A DNA stretch of 64,000 bases from Octopus vulgaris. Its lineage: Eukaryota. Of this stretch, positions 25,216-37,650 are shown in pieces; position 1 is the stretch's first letter; every line of letters starts with the position of its first letter. The DNA lies in NCBI GenBank assembly GCA_951406725.2, contig OX597818.1, forward strand, positions 44,020,001 through 44,084,000. Direction: 5' to 3'. Both the position numbers and the translations under genes were made by a program. Below the pieces are notes generated by a model, which worked only from the letters and a program-made list of their open reading frames with translations, searched no databases and was not told where the DNA came from.

Positions 25216-26284
25216 TATATATATATATATATATAGTTATCTTGTCAGATGATAACTGTTTCATTTATTCATTGTTTAGTCAATCTTTTGTTCCCTGTCA
25301 TACACCCATGAGCAAATATAACAGACAAAGCTTAATATCTCAACAGGAATTATTGTGTCTAACAAAGGAATGACATTCATGTGCACTATTATTTGTGTTT
25401 GTAGTTCCATGTTTGGATTAACACACTTTGCTGCACACTGCACAAATATTTTCTGAAAGTTGCAGTAAAATATTGTTCCTGTGAATATGTGTGATATCAA
25501 ATGATTAACATAGCCTACTTTCAAATGATGAGTACATCTACAGGTCTCAGGTCTCACCTTTGCACTTCCAGCTCGTTAGAGTATCCAGCTGGTTGAGAAG
25601 GGTGTCTTTACAGAAGGTTCGTTTTAGTACAGCATGTTTAATCTACCCTATCTTAAATATGCTGCATCCTTTCTTAATGGAACATCTCCAACCATTCCAA
25701 TTTACTGCCAGCTTTTCTCAATCACTCATATTTATCTCTTTGCTTATTTTTTTTCAGGCTGTTTTTTTTATGCAGTGTCTTTGTTATTTTCTTTTTGTGT
25801 TTATTTTGTGGATACTTTCCAATTTCTAGTTTGCTGTGTAAAATCTTTTTTTTAATTTTTTATAGTGGGGTAGAAGGGGAGGTGGGTGTCATTTATTGTT
25901 TATCGGCACAACATGCCCTACCCAGGTTATACACGAGCCAGATAACGTAAAAAAATAATGGATATCTTAGAATTCATTACTAAGTAACTGCTCCATAAAC
26001 CTAATTAAAGATTTGTAAATGTCCCAATCAATATCAAAATACTGAGATAAGCTGAACAGTCAGCCCATAATTGAGAACAAGAGAAGGTATAAGACAGCAG
26101 GTATAGACAGACAGACAATGAAACAGGTACATTTAATGGGGAAATATGTAGATTGGTGTTTCACAAGTTGGACTAAGTTTGATGTACAGTCTCTTCCCAA
26201 TGTAATTACATAAGAAATATTTGACCCAATGTTAGCTAAAATGTTAACAAAAAAATGGAAAGAAAAAGAAGAAAAAGATTTTTA

Positions 26285-26680
26285 CAGGCATGGCTTGTAT
26301 GGTTAAGATAGCTTTGTAATCATGTGTTTTTGGGTTCAGTCCTACTGCATGGTACCTTGGGCAAGTGTCTTCTACTATAACCCTGGGTCAACCAATGCCT
26401 TATGAGTGAATTTGGTAGATGGAAAATCCACGAAAGCTCATTGTGTATATATGTGTGTGTGTTTATGTCTGTATATGTCTATATGTGTTTATCCCCTAAA
26501 ACTGCATGGCAGTCAGTGTTGGTTCATTTATGTCTCCACAACTAAGCAGTTTGGCAAAGGAGAACAATAGAATAAGTACCAGATTTAATAATAAGTTCTG
26601 GAGTCAAGTTGCTCTACTAAACTCTTCAAGATGGTGCTCCAGCATGGAAGCATTCCAATTACTGATACAAGTAAAAGATC
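26285..26680 (+). mobile_element. SINE family A (older copy)
   Basis: gggttcagtcctactgc, ccttgggcaagtgtctt, ggtgctccagcatgg. Confidence 0.8.
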
Positions 26681-27762
26681 ATTATTTAAATATATACTTT
26701 GTTACTAACTTTATAACTACCAATATCTAGTAAGTATATTTCTATTGCATTTAGGTTGCTTTTTTTCTTTTTAGTAAAACCTTTTGCTCTCCAAGCCATA
26801 CAACATACAAAAAAATAGGTGGCCTACTTAACATTTAAATAACAAGCTAAAAAACATAATTTCAGAAGAAAAAAAGAAAAACTTCTTCGTGATCATTAAT
26901 AAAACATTTGGACTTCTTGCTTCCAGGTTGAGTAGTTTTTGAGGTACCAGAGCAGACGGTAAAGAAAAAAAGTAATAAAAATGGTAACACCAACATTTTA
27001 GGTGATTGGGAACATTGGCAGCTGCCAGTGTAGGGTGGGACTACATACTTAGAATAAATAATGATATAATACAGTCTTTGCCATTTATTTAATATGTAGA
27101 AAATGGTACCATGCCAGCAATTTACTAAGAAGAAAATACAGAAAGTACATATATAATTGGAATGGAACAGATAGTTACTCATTAATTCTATAACGAAGAA
27201 TAAAAATAAGGCATGAAAACCTAAGTCAGTAAATCTGTATTTAATTCCATAAATTTGTCTAAATTTGATTGAGGATATTTTTTCAAAGAAATTTTACAGC
27301 TTTAAGTTCACTATGATATTGTATAAGAGTTTTAAAAAGCTAAAGGATTAGAGGAGCATTTATGGGTAGTTAAGACCAGCTGGGTAACATAAGATATACG
27401 TCTATCATAGGAAATAATATTTTTGAATTTCTGCTTCATTAAGTGTGATGGGGAAGTGTGTTTGTTGTTGCTGTGAATGCTGTTAACTTCAATAATTGAA
27501 AAATGTGATGCATAGAAGGAAGATAAAAATATTGGTGTTTGTTGTTGGAAAGAATTATAAATGATAGATGTTCTGGAAATGCATAAATAAATTATTATAA
27601 AAAAAAGAAAAGGCAGATGTTGTAACTGGAACTTAAAAGGAATAAAAATTATTATTTGTATAAAATAAATGTATTTTAAAATTTATTGATTAAATCCATT
27701 TTTACTGACATGGGAAGAGATAACGGATTCAGAGTGTGAATCAATAGAGATTGGCAATGCTT

Positions 27763-27826
<64 letters not shown>
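27763..27826 (+). repeat. (GA)n microsatellite
   Basis: Seen directly. Confidence 0.95.
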
Positions 27827-27830
<4 letters not shown>

Positions 27831-29719
27831 AGGAGAGATGAAAAAGAGGGGCAGAGAGAAAAGATTTCAATATAAATGGTTATTGCAATAGGTTAAAAAA
27901 ACAACAACAAAAAAAAACAAAAAAACAAGAGTATGACAAAGATAATTGAAGCGCATGTAACTCTATTAGATCTCACCCATTATGTAACAACACCATCTCA
28001 ATTCAAATATACACAACTCGATGATTTTATTACTGTAGCATTCTATGTTTGCGGAGGTGATCTTGAAACTGCTTGAATTGGACCTAAAAGTTGTGTATCT
28101 TAATATATAGATTTAAGTTTAGTACAAAACAAGAAACAGAGAGAGTTAACAGAATCCAAATAATTAGAGCAGTCAGTAATAAAGATAACAGAACCAGTGA
28201 TGATAATGAGATACAACTGTCTCGGGTCTAGCATATGCAATAGCATAGCTTTCACCAACAACAGAATTTAAAGTTTAAATTGATATGTGTAGCTGTTGGT
28301 ATTGTCAGTAATTGCAGACATAAAAGATAAAAAGGAGATTCATACATCGTTATAAAGACACAAGTCATCTTTCTGATGAAATAGCTACCAGAATATCGAA
28401 ATAGTTTAAGTTGAATAATTACACCCCAACTCTTAGAAAGAAGAAAAGAAAAGAGGAAAATCTGTTCTATTTTATTCAATACATGACACATTTCAATAAG
28501 CACGTTTCATCCTTTCAATGACCACAACATGTAATGGACAAGTTGTTACTTGCTCCATTGATAGTTGTTATTACTTGTCACGAGTGACATTAATTATTAA
28601 AGTAAAAGATTTCAAAAATTGTTGCAGGGAAATAATTTGATCACATTGAATATTGGCAATTAAAGAAAGAAACAAGCAGTTTTTATTGAATTTATATTCT
28701 ATTAGGTAAGGTACTTAGACTTCATATCTTTGTAAGAAGAAACTCTCTTGGGTATAGAGATGCTGAGTAGTATCTCTAAATGAACTTATATGATGACTAA
28801 TTAAATAATTTTGATGTACAATAACTAATTATCTCCATCACAGACCTAAAATCTCTTTCCTCCTTCAAATTTCAGTTGGGCCATCTAGACATAGGATCTG
28901 GATTCAATTTGTCAACTCCCTCTATCAAACTAATCACTGATAGGGCTCACCAGTCCACATTTTAACTGTATTACTGATTATGTCTTCTGTATTTTCTTAC
29001 TATTCATTTATGAATCTCTAAGTTACTTTCAACCAAACACAATCCTAAGCATTCTCCACTTTACCAAAACCTTTTGCATACATGTATCATCTACATGTAA
29101 CAACTTGAAAACATTCTTATATGTGGACATAAGAACATAATCACTCTGTAAAATATACATATCAAAGAAAGTCTCATACTATACCAACATATGTACACAA
29201 CTAAAATGCTCAAAGTGGCAGCAAATTCCATACCTTGAAAGCTCTGATAAGCTTTCACAGCAATCACAAATCAATAACGTTGCTGAAAATGTATCCCCAA
29301 AACAAGATTTCTTATTCAAGGCAAATAATTTCTTTAGCTTTGATCAGTTGATAATCCTTCACAAAGTTCATTATTGTACTGCTTACATTTCTGGGAGTAC
29401 TGAAGCTATAAGATTCGAGTCAAAGCTTTTGTAGTCTAGTTTTCAATCTACTTTTAGAAACTGAGAAATATATACAAGTTTTAGAAAAGCTCAACATGAA
29501 CATGATCAACTGAACATAAAGACTTGTCTTTTCGACTCTATCCTCCCACCACACATGACCTAAAAGACACACCTGTAACTGAAAACATGGTAAAGTAGCA
29601 ATTGCATATTTCATGAATCTATTGCTCACATAGTTGTATTATATTTCTTTTGATAATTTTTGAAAAGGGAATCGTTAAAACAAGCCTAACCTGAAACAAT
29701 GCAATGTTTGGTTTAACAC

Positions 29720-30117
29720 CACTGGGGCACTAAGAGCACCATCCAAGCGTGATCATTGCCAGAGCGGCTAACTGGCATTTGTGCCAGTGGCACGTAAAAA
29801 GCACCATTCGAGCATGATCGTTACCAGCGTCACCTTACTGGCACTTGTGCTGGTGTGCAGGTGACACGTAGAAAAAAAAAAAAACACATGATTTTCCATG
29901 ACTGTTGCCAGTACTGCCTGACTGGCCCTTGTGCTGGTGGCATGTAAAAGCACCCATTACACTCTCGGAGTGGTTGGCATTAGGAAGGGCATCCAGCTGT
30001 AGAAACTCAGCCAAATCAAAATTAGAGCCTGGTACAGCCATCTGGTTCACCAGTCCTCAGTGAAATTGTCTAACCCATGCTAGCATGGAAAGCGGACATT
30101 AAACGACGATGATGATA
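29720..30117 (+). mobile_element. Family B element with ~3 tandem hairpin units
   Basis: Repeated gccag..actggc and gtgc..gtggcac units, core and (gat)n tail. Confidence 0.85.
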
Positions 30118-30489
30118 ACTTGACCATTGGGTATCTTCAATAGATTTCACTCTGTTGCATATATTTAGACGCATGGCTAAAAATACTTTCCTCCAAGCAG
30201 TTTTCAAGATCCTGAATAAGGACAAAGATGCTACCTTTCCTTCACCCAGTAAGTTATATAAAAACAGTACTGTTTTAGCTCCCTTACAGAGTGTATTCAA
30301 ATTTTTTTTTTTGCTACAAAATGTGTGGATGCTATCTTTCGAACAGCAGATATATAATAGATGCAGAAGAAGTATATAGTTGTTTTCAAGTTAGAACTAT
30401 GTAGAAGAACAGATACTTAATAAGGCAGAAACCCCACTCTCTCCTGCTAGACTGATAGGTTCTCAATCATCAAAGCTGAATTCTCAACA

Positions 30490-30760
30490 TCCAGTGTCGC
30501 CTTACTGGCACCCAAGCTGGTGGCATTGTAAAAAGATTCGAGCGAGATCATTGCCAGTACCACCTGACTGGCCTCCATGCCGGTGGCACATAAAAAGCAC
30601 CCACTACACTCTCGGAGTGGTTGGCATTAGGAAGGGCATCCAGCTGTAGAAACTCTGTCAGATCAAGATTGGAGCCTGGTGCAGCCATCTGGTTCGCCAG
30701 CCCTCAGTCAAAATCGTCCAACCCATGCTAGCATGGAAAGCGGATGTTAAACGATGACGA
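30490..30760 (+). mobile_element. Family B element
   Basis: Close match to 14505-14784. Confidence 0.85.
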
Positions 30761-31246
30761 ACTATCCAACTGTTATGCTAAAATATATTTCTGCTATTTC
30801 TACTGGTACTACAATGACCTTTACTCAACTGAACTCCCTAAAGAGATTGCTTGCCCCTCTGAACCCCTCCAATGAATTTATCTTGCTTTTTTGTTTTCAT
30901 ATCACCACCACTATCTGACCTTCTTCCAACCACATACTACAGAATACACTTTTTTTTTTGTTTGGAAAACTGCAGCATCCCTCTTGACCACTATTCTTGC
31001 CAATGATTCCCCTAAAAAAACATGCTCCACTCAAAAAACAAAACAAAAATAATAATTCAAGACTGAACATTAAATCCAAACTTTGTCATAGTTTATAATC
31101 TCAAACAGTTATGAGCATCACCTGTTTTCCTCAGATTAACTATTCAAAATAAGTAGAGAAAACATTGTGAAACAGTGGCAGTTTTCTTGATGGGGTACAT
31201 CTGTAAGAAAAAAGCAATATAGAGGCGCAGAAGTGGCTTTGAGGAT

Positions 31247-32000
31247 AGGCACTGGAGTGGCTGTATGGTAAGTAGCTTGCTTTCCAATTACATGGTTCCG
31301 GGTTCAGTCCCACTGCGTGGAACTTTGGGCAAGTGTCTTCTACCACAGCATTGGGCCAACCAAAGCCTTGTGAGTGGATTGGGTAGACGGAAACTGAAAG
31401 AAGCCCGTCGAATATGTGTGCGTGTGTGTGTGTTTGTATGTCTATGTATCTGTGTTTGTTGCTCCCACCATCGCTTGAGACCAATAGAATAAGTACTAGG
31501 CTTACAAAGAATAAGTCCTAGGATTTATTTGTTCGAATAAGGCGGTCTCCAGCATGGCCGCAGTCAAGTGACTGAAACAAATAAAAGAATAAAAATAACA
31601 TAAATAGGCACAGCCATGGCTGTGTGGTAAGAAGCTGGCTTCCCAACCACATGGTTCTGGGTTCAGTCCTACTGCATGGCACCTTATAGCCTCAAGCAGC
31701 CTTGTGAGTGGATCTGGTAGACAGAAACTGAAAGAAGCCCATTATGTATTTGTGTGTGTTTGTCTGTCTGTCTGTCTGTCTTTGTAACTGTAACTGTGTT
31801 TGTCCCCCACTAATACTTGGCAACCAGTGTTGGTGTGTTTATGTCCCTGTAAGCAGTTTGGCAAAAAGAAACCAACAGAATAAGCACCAGGCTTAAAAAA
31901 TTAATAAGTGCTGGAGTTGATTTGTTCAACTAAAACTCAAGGCAGTGAGTGCTCCAGCATGGTTACAGTCTCATTGCTGGATCAAGTAAAAGATAAAAGA
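31247..32000 (+). mobile_element. Two head-to-tail SINE family A copies (31247-31593, 31607-32000)
   Basis: Two tRNA-like heads and two cagcatgg..cagtc tails. Confidence 0.85.
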
Positions 32001-32861
32001 AAGATATGTATTGTTTTTGATTTGTGAATGTAAAGAAAATAAATCAATGATATGGAAATTATTGATTCTGTTATATACTGTAGTAAAATAATTTATGTTC
32101 ATATCATTACATCAAACCTAATTTTTCTTTGATACACTCAGTTTAGGGCAGAAAAAGTGGGCCCTTACTCTAAAACATATTTTACTCATTTAAAATGATG
32201 TAGAGACTGTAGAAAAATCAAAGGAGATGCTTTCTGATGTCAAGTTGGTTTTTCAAAATATCCAATTCATCCTTCTGAGTTAATGCAACTTAAATGCCAA
32301 TAAAAGTATAAAATATATACCTTCTTTTACATGGTTATACCTAATCAAAAGAAATCATTATTTCATGGACTAAAAGTGGAGCAGCAAGAGAAATAGATGG
32401 AGCATTAGACTAAATGCTTTGCCATAAAAATTTTCATCTTTTTTAGTTCTGAGTTCAAATCTTGTTGGTATTGACAGTTTATCATTTGATTGGGGTCAAT
32501 AAACTATGTATTAGTCATTCAAGTGACTATACTTGTTCCTCATAAATTTTGTGGTTTTGCACATATATACATAAAAATCTCTTAATGGCTGGTGACATAA
32601 AATTTCTACAGATATTTGTTGCCTAAATCTGTAAACATGAATAAAAGACAGTTTAAGTATTACTTAATATGTTTTTCATTTCCTAAAAATCATATACAAA
32701 TTGGAACAGACGACCTTTTTTGGGAGCTATGAGTGACATTAAGACTATAAATTAAAAATTCTTGAAGTATTGATATTTGAATATTTGCAAAAGTAGCAAT
32801 AATAACAACAGGTTTTTAGACATATTTACTCAATACAAGCTGCATGTAGATTTGATAATAA

Positions 32862-33796
32862 CTAGACTACCTGTGACCTGTTGGGTCACCGGGGAAGTCT
32901 GATTTTCCCAGCAACAAAGTTTTGTTTCAAGGCTTTTTTCTTTTCTATGTTATCTCACATGCTTTCATTGAATATGACATTGAAATCATGTGTAAACAGC
33001 TCCTTTCCCAGAAAAGGAAAGATTTGGCTGCTATTTCTTGCACGTCCTGCTACCACGTAACAGGTATTTCGGGTCCTTTATCGCAAATAGCCGTTACATG
33101 ACAGCAGGGCATGCTAGAAATGGCACCCAAATCTTTGGAGGTGAGATACATCGAATACACTCGAAAGAAACCTATGGAAAAAAAACTATTTCACACCTAG
33201 GTTATGAATGGGTCTTTTACAAAAATATTTATTGTATTTTTAAGTCATTTTTACTTAAAAATATTTTGCCTATCATAATGTGTCTAATGGAAAGGTTAGA
33301 ATTTCTTCTCTTTCAGGGTGATTATTTTCAGAGTGCCACTGGACTGGCTCCTGTGCAGGTGGCACATAAAAAGCACCATTTGAGCATGGCCGTTGCCAGT
33401 ACTGTCTGACTGGCCTTCGTATTGGTGGCACGTAAAAGCACCCACTACATTCTCAGACTGGTTGGCGTTAGGAAGGGCATCCAGCTGTAGAAACTCTGCC
33501 AGATCAGACTGGAGCCTGGTGCAGCCATCTGGTTTGCCAGACCTCAGTCAAATTATCCAACCTATACTTGCATGGAAAGCGGACGTTAAACAATGATGAT
33601 GATTTCCCATTATGCACCATTTTGGGTATTTATACCCCAAAACCCTGGTCCGATTAACATGAAGCTTATTTCATTCCTTTTGTATTCACATTTCAGAGGC
33701 ACTTTACTTTCAAAGTATTTTCCCATTACGCACCAGTTTGGCTTTGAAAACATTGCAAGCAAGCAAAACTGAACTTCACTTTTAATAGCATAAAGA
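32862..33796 (-). mobile_element. Non-autonomous Helitron with both ends, carrying a nested family B insertion (33330-33603)
   Basis: Minus strand: A|TCTTTATGCTATTAAAAG, then hairpin gtgacc/ggtcac (32873-32889), then CTAG|T. Sits between A and T with no TSD. Confidence 0.72.
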
Positions 33797-33892
33797 TAAA
33801 TCTATGTTGTTGCTGTGATAAATATACTTATTTTCCTTTGTGACAACAACTGATCATTGCCACAAAGGGCATTTGTATGTCAGAAGTTGCAT

Positions 33893-34295
33893 GGCGGCAA
33901 GCTGGCAGAAACGTTAGCACTGCGTAGCCGTATTTCGTCTGCCGTTACGTTCTGAGTTCAAATTCCGCCGAGGTTAACTTTGCCTTTCATCCTTTCGGGG
34001 TCGATTAAATAAGTACCAGTTACGCACTGGGGTCAATATAATCGACTTAATCCGTGTGTCTGTCTTTGTTTGTCCTCTCTGTGTTTAGCCCCTTGTGGGT
34101 AGTAAAGAAATAGGTATTTCATCTGCCGTTATGTTCTTACTTCAATTTCCGCCGAGGTCTACTTTGCCTTTCATTCTTTCGGGGTTGATAAATTAAGTAC
34201 CAGTTACGCATTGGGGTCGGTGTAATCGAATTAATCCGTTTGTCTGTCCTTGTTTGTCCCCTCTATGTTTAGCCCCTTGTGGCCAATAGAGAAAT
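33893..34295 (+). mobile_element. SINE family C, two-unit composite (young)
   Basis: Unit 1 ends gtagtaaagaaata; headless unit 2 starts ggtatttcatctgccgtta. CpG-rich. Confidence 0.88.
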
Positions 34296-35717
34296 TTAGA
34301 AGTTGTTGGAAAATGAGTCTTGACTTAAAATTGCTTATTTTTGAGTAATATTTTCTAAATGATGTAACCAACAGATTTTTAATCCCACTATTTGCTGGGA
34401 AGATGCAGGTGACTATGCTGAAAACTGGGATGATTGGAGATATTCTGCTGCCGGATGTACTAACTAAAACTGTATGGAAGGAACTAAAACTAAGAAGATT
34501 TGCTATGTTGTGTGTTGTGCTGTCAGCTTTCATTTTATTAAAAGAAAAAGAAAGGAATTATTAGGCTTGATGTTTTACAGATGAGGTTCAATAAAACTGA
34601 AACATGCCTGTAGCTGTAACTTTGCCTACCAACAAAGATCAGATTTCCCCCCTCAGCATGTGAATTAATTTTCTAAGATTCTCTACCCCTTTTTCTTTTA
34701 GGGTGTCTAACAATTAGCATTAGGTCTTTGTAATCTTTCTACAACTAAAGAAATTTCAGTAAATTGAGAATTTTTTACTTCTAAACCAATATATCTAAAT
34801 TAATGCCATTGGTCCACTTGAATTATTTCCCTTAGCTCATTTTATTTATTTCTTTTCTTTTTAATTCTTCAATAACAGAATGTGTTTAGAAATCAAGTAA
34901 TTAGGAATTACCTTTTTAGCAACAAAAAGGTTCAAATCAATCCCATTACAAAAATTATTTTTAAAGAATTACCATTAAGGAAATTATATTTCAAAAGCCT
35001 TATTATAAAATAATAAAAACCATTTTATGTTAACATAAAATGGTTTTTGACTCTCTGCTACATAATAAGCAAATAATATAGTTACATTTATATATAACCA
35101 ACAATATTTTTCTTACAATAAAGTCGAATGAAGACAACATTAAGCTATGTTGTTTCAACAAATATTCCTTGCTACATATTTTTTATATAGCCTGTACAAT
35201 CTGTTTCAATCATGTCTTCAAATTAACCAGTTTAATATGCATACATGAAAGAGAGAGAGAGAGAGCGACAGAGAAAAAGAAAGATGGAGAGAAAGAGATG
35301 CGAAATAGAAAGAGAGACAATCTTGGACATAAGATTTTAAACATGACATTTTCTGATCTATAAATAAATTACTACTACCCACGCAAAATTAAATAAGATT
35401 CTAATATTTGTAACAGCCACACAAACCTGAGGTTATAATACTCTAAATATATCTATTGTCTTTTCTATAAGTTATCAAAAAAAATATGCATTTATTTTAT
35501 TATTCATAGTTGAATGTTTACTTTGAGTTTATAGAGTATAAAATAAACAATACGAATATTTACTTTTAGCATAAAGCAGAGAGAAGCACCGTGTACACTT
35601 GTATTAATTTTCCAAAATTTCTGCAGCACATATTGCTTGCTTGCTAGTAGCACAGATTAGAAAAAAAAAGTCATAAATTTTGAAGTTTTACATCCATTCG
35701 TATTAATCATACCTACC

Positions 35718-35965
35718 GTGGCGGTAACACGTAAAAAGCACCAACCAATCGTGGCTATTTGCCAGCCTCCTCTGGCCCCTGTGCTGGTGGCATGTAAAAA
35801 GCACCCACTACACTCATGGAATGGTTAGCGTTAGGAAGGGCATCAAGCTGTAGAAACACTGCCAGATCAGACTGGAGTCTGGTGCAGCCTCCTGGCTTCC
35901 CAGACCCCGGTCGAACTGTCCAACCCATGCTAGCATGGAAAACAGACATTAAATGATGATGATGA
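35718..35965 (+). mobile_element. Family B element
   Basis: Core and (gat)n tail. Confidence 0.85.
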
Positions 35966-36316
35966 AATCAAATTGTAACAATAGCTGTGCATTAATTAAT
36001 TTATTTTGTGTATCTTGGTTTTAGATTAGATACACTGTGTCTCTGCATGTCCCAAAAAGAGTTTGAAAAGGAGTAACAAGAAGAAAGACATTTGCCATAA
36101 AAAAAGCTGTCTCAGAAAAGTTGTCCAATACATGCCAGACTGGAAAAATCATTATTGTTTTAACATCCAGTTTTCCAAATTTGCATGGGCTGAACAGAGT
36201 TTATCGGGGCAGATTTTATATGGCCAGATGCCCTTCTTGTCACCAACCCTTACTTGTTTCCAAGCAAGGTAATATTCCCCTTGGCCAGATGGGTTTTTCC
36301 AGGAAGATTGGAAATA

Positions 36317-36518
36317 CTCTTTTACTTGTTTCAGTCATTTGACTGCGGCCATGCTGGAGCACTACCTTTAGTTGAGCAAATCAACCCCAGAACTTATTCT
36401 TTGTAAGCCTAGTACTTATTCTATTGTTCTCTTTTGCCAAACCGCTAAACTACGGGGACATAAACACACCAGCATCGGTTGTCAAGCAATGTTGGGGGAG
36501 ACAAACACAGACACACAA

Positions 36519-36571
<53 letters not shown>

Positions 36572-36733
36572 CGACAGGCTTCTTTCAGCTTCCGTTTACC
36601 AAATCCACTCACAAAGCTTTGGTCGGCCCAAGACTATAGTAGAAGACACTTGCCCAAAGTGTCACACAGTGGGACTGAACCTGGAACCATGTGGTTGGTA
36701 AGCAAACTATTTACCACACAGCCACTCCTGCGC
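36317..36733 (-). mobile_element. SINE family A with long internal (CA)n
   Basis: Reverse complement of the 3046-3449 consensus; an older partial copy follows at 36820-36985. Confidence 0.88.
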
Positions 36734-37257
36734 CTTTGTTTAAAACAATCATGTGATGTCAAGAGAAGGAAACACAAACGTGCATGCATATACACATGTA
36801 CACAGACAGATGCTCACACACATGACAAGCTTCTTTCAATTTCTGTCAACTAAATCCACTCACAAGGCTTTGGTTGGCCAGGGGCTATAATAGAAGATAC
36901 TTGCCCAAGGAGTCAAGCAGTGGGATTGTATTAAAAACCATGTGGTTGGGAAACAAATTTCTTAACCACACATCCACACTTATGCCTAAAAATGAAGATA
37001 AAATGACAATGATGATGATAATTTAAGTAGATTTTTGTATCTTTTACCATAAGAAACAAGTATATAACTAACTGCTTGTAAGAAATTTCATATTTACATG
37101 TATAAGAAGGGTAATAGAAATGTTGTCTACATAATGTTAAGCAAAGGCATTGCAACATGGTTTTGAAGTCATCTGCACCAAACTATATGAATATAGCTCA
37201 AAGCAGACACAGCAAGATATTATTAATATAAAGTAACACATATAAAGTAACATAACA

Positions 37258-37650
37258 GGTGTAGGAGTGACTGTGTGGTAAGTAGCTTGTTTACCAACCA
37301 CATGGTTCCGGATTCAGTCCCACTGCGTGGCACATAGGGCAAGTGTCTTCTACTATAGCTTCGGGCCAACCAAAGCCTTGTGAGTGGATTTGGTAGACGG
37401 AAACTGAAAGAATCCCGTCGTATATATGTATATATGTTTGTGTGTCTGTGTTTGTCCCCCCAACATCGCTTGAAAACCGGTGCTGGTGTGTTTACGTCCC
37501 AGTAACTTAGCGGTTTGGCAAAAGAGACCAATAGAATAAGTACTAGGCTTACAAAGAATAAGTCCTGGGGTCGATTTGCTCGACTAAAGGCGGTGCTCCA
37601 GCATGGCCGCAGTCAAATGACTGAAACAAGTAAAAGAACAAAAGAACAAA
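37258..37650 (+). mobile_element. SINE family A (young)
   Basis: Full head, body and tail. Confidence 0.9.
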
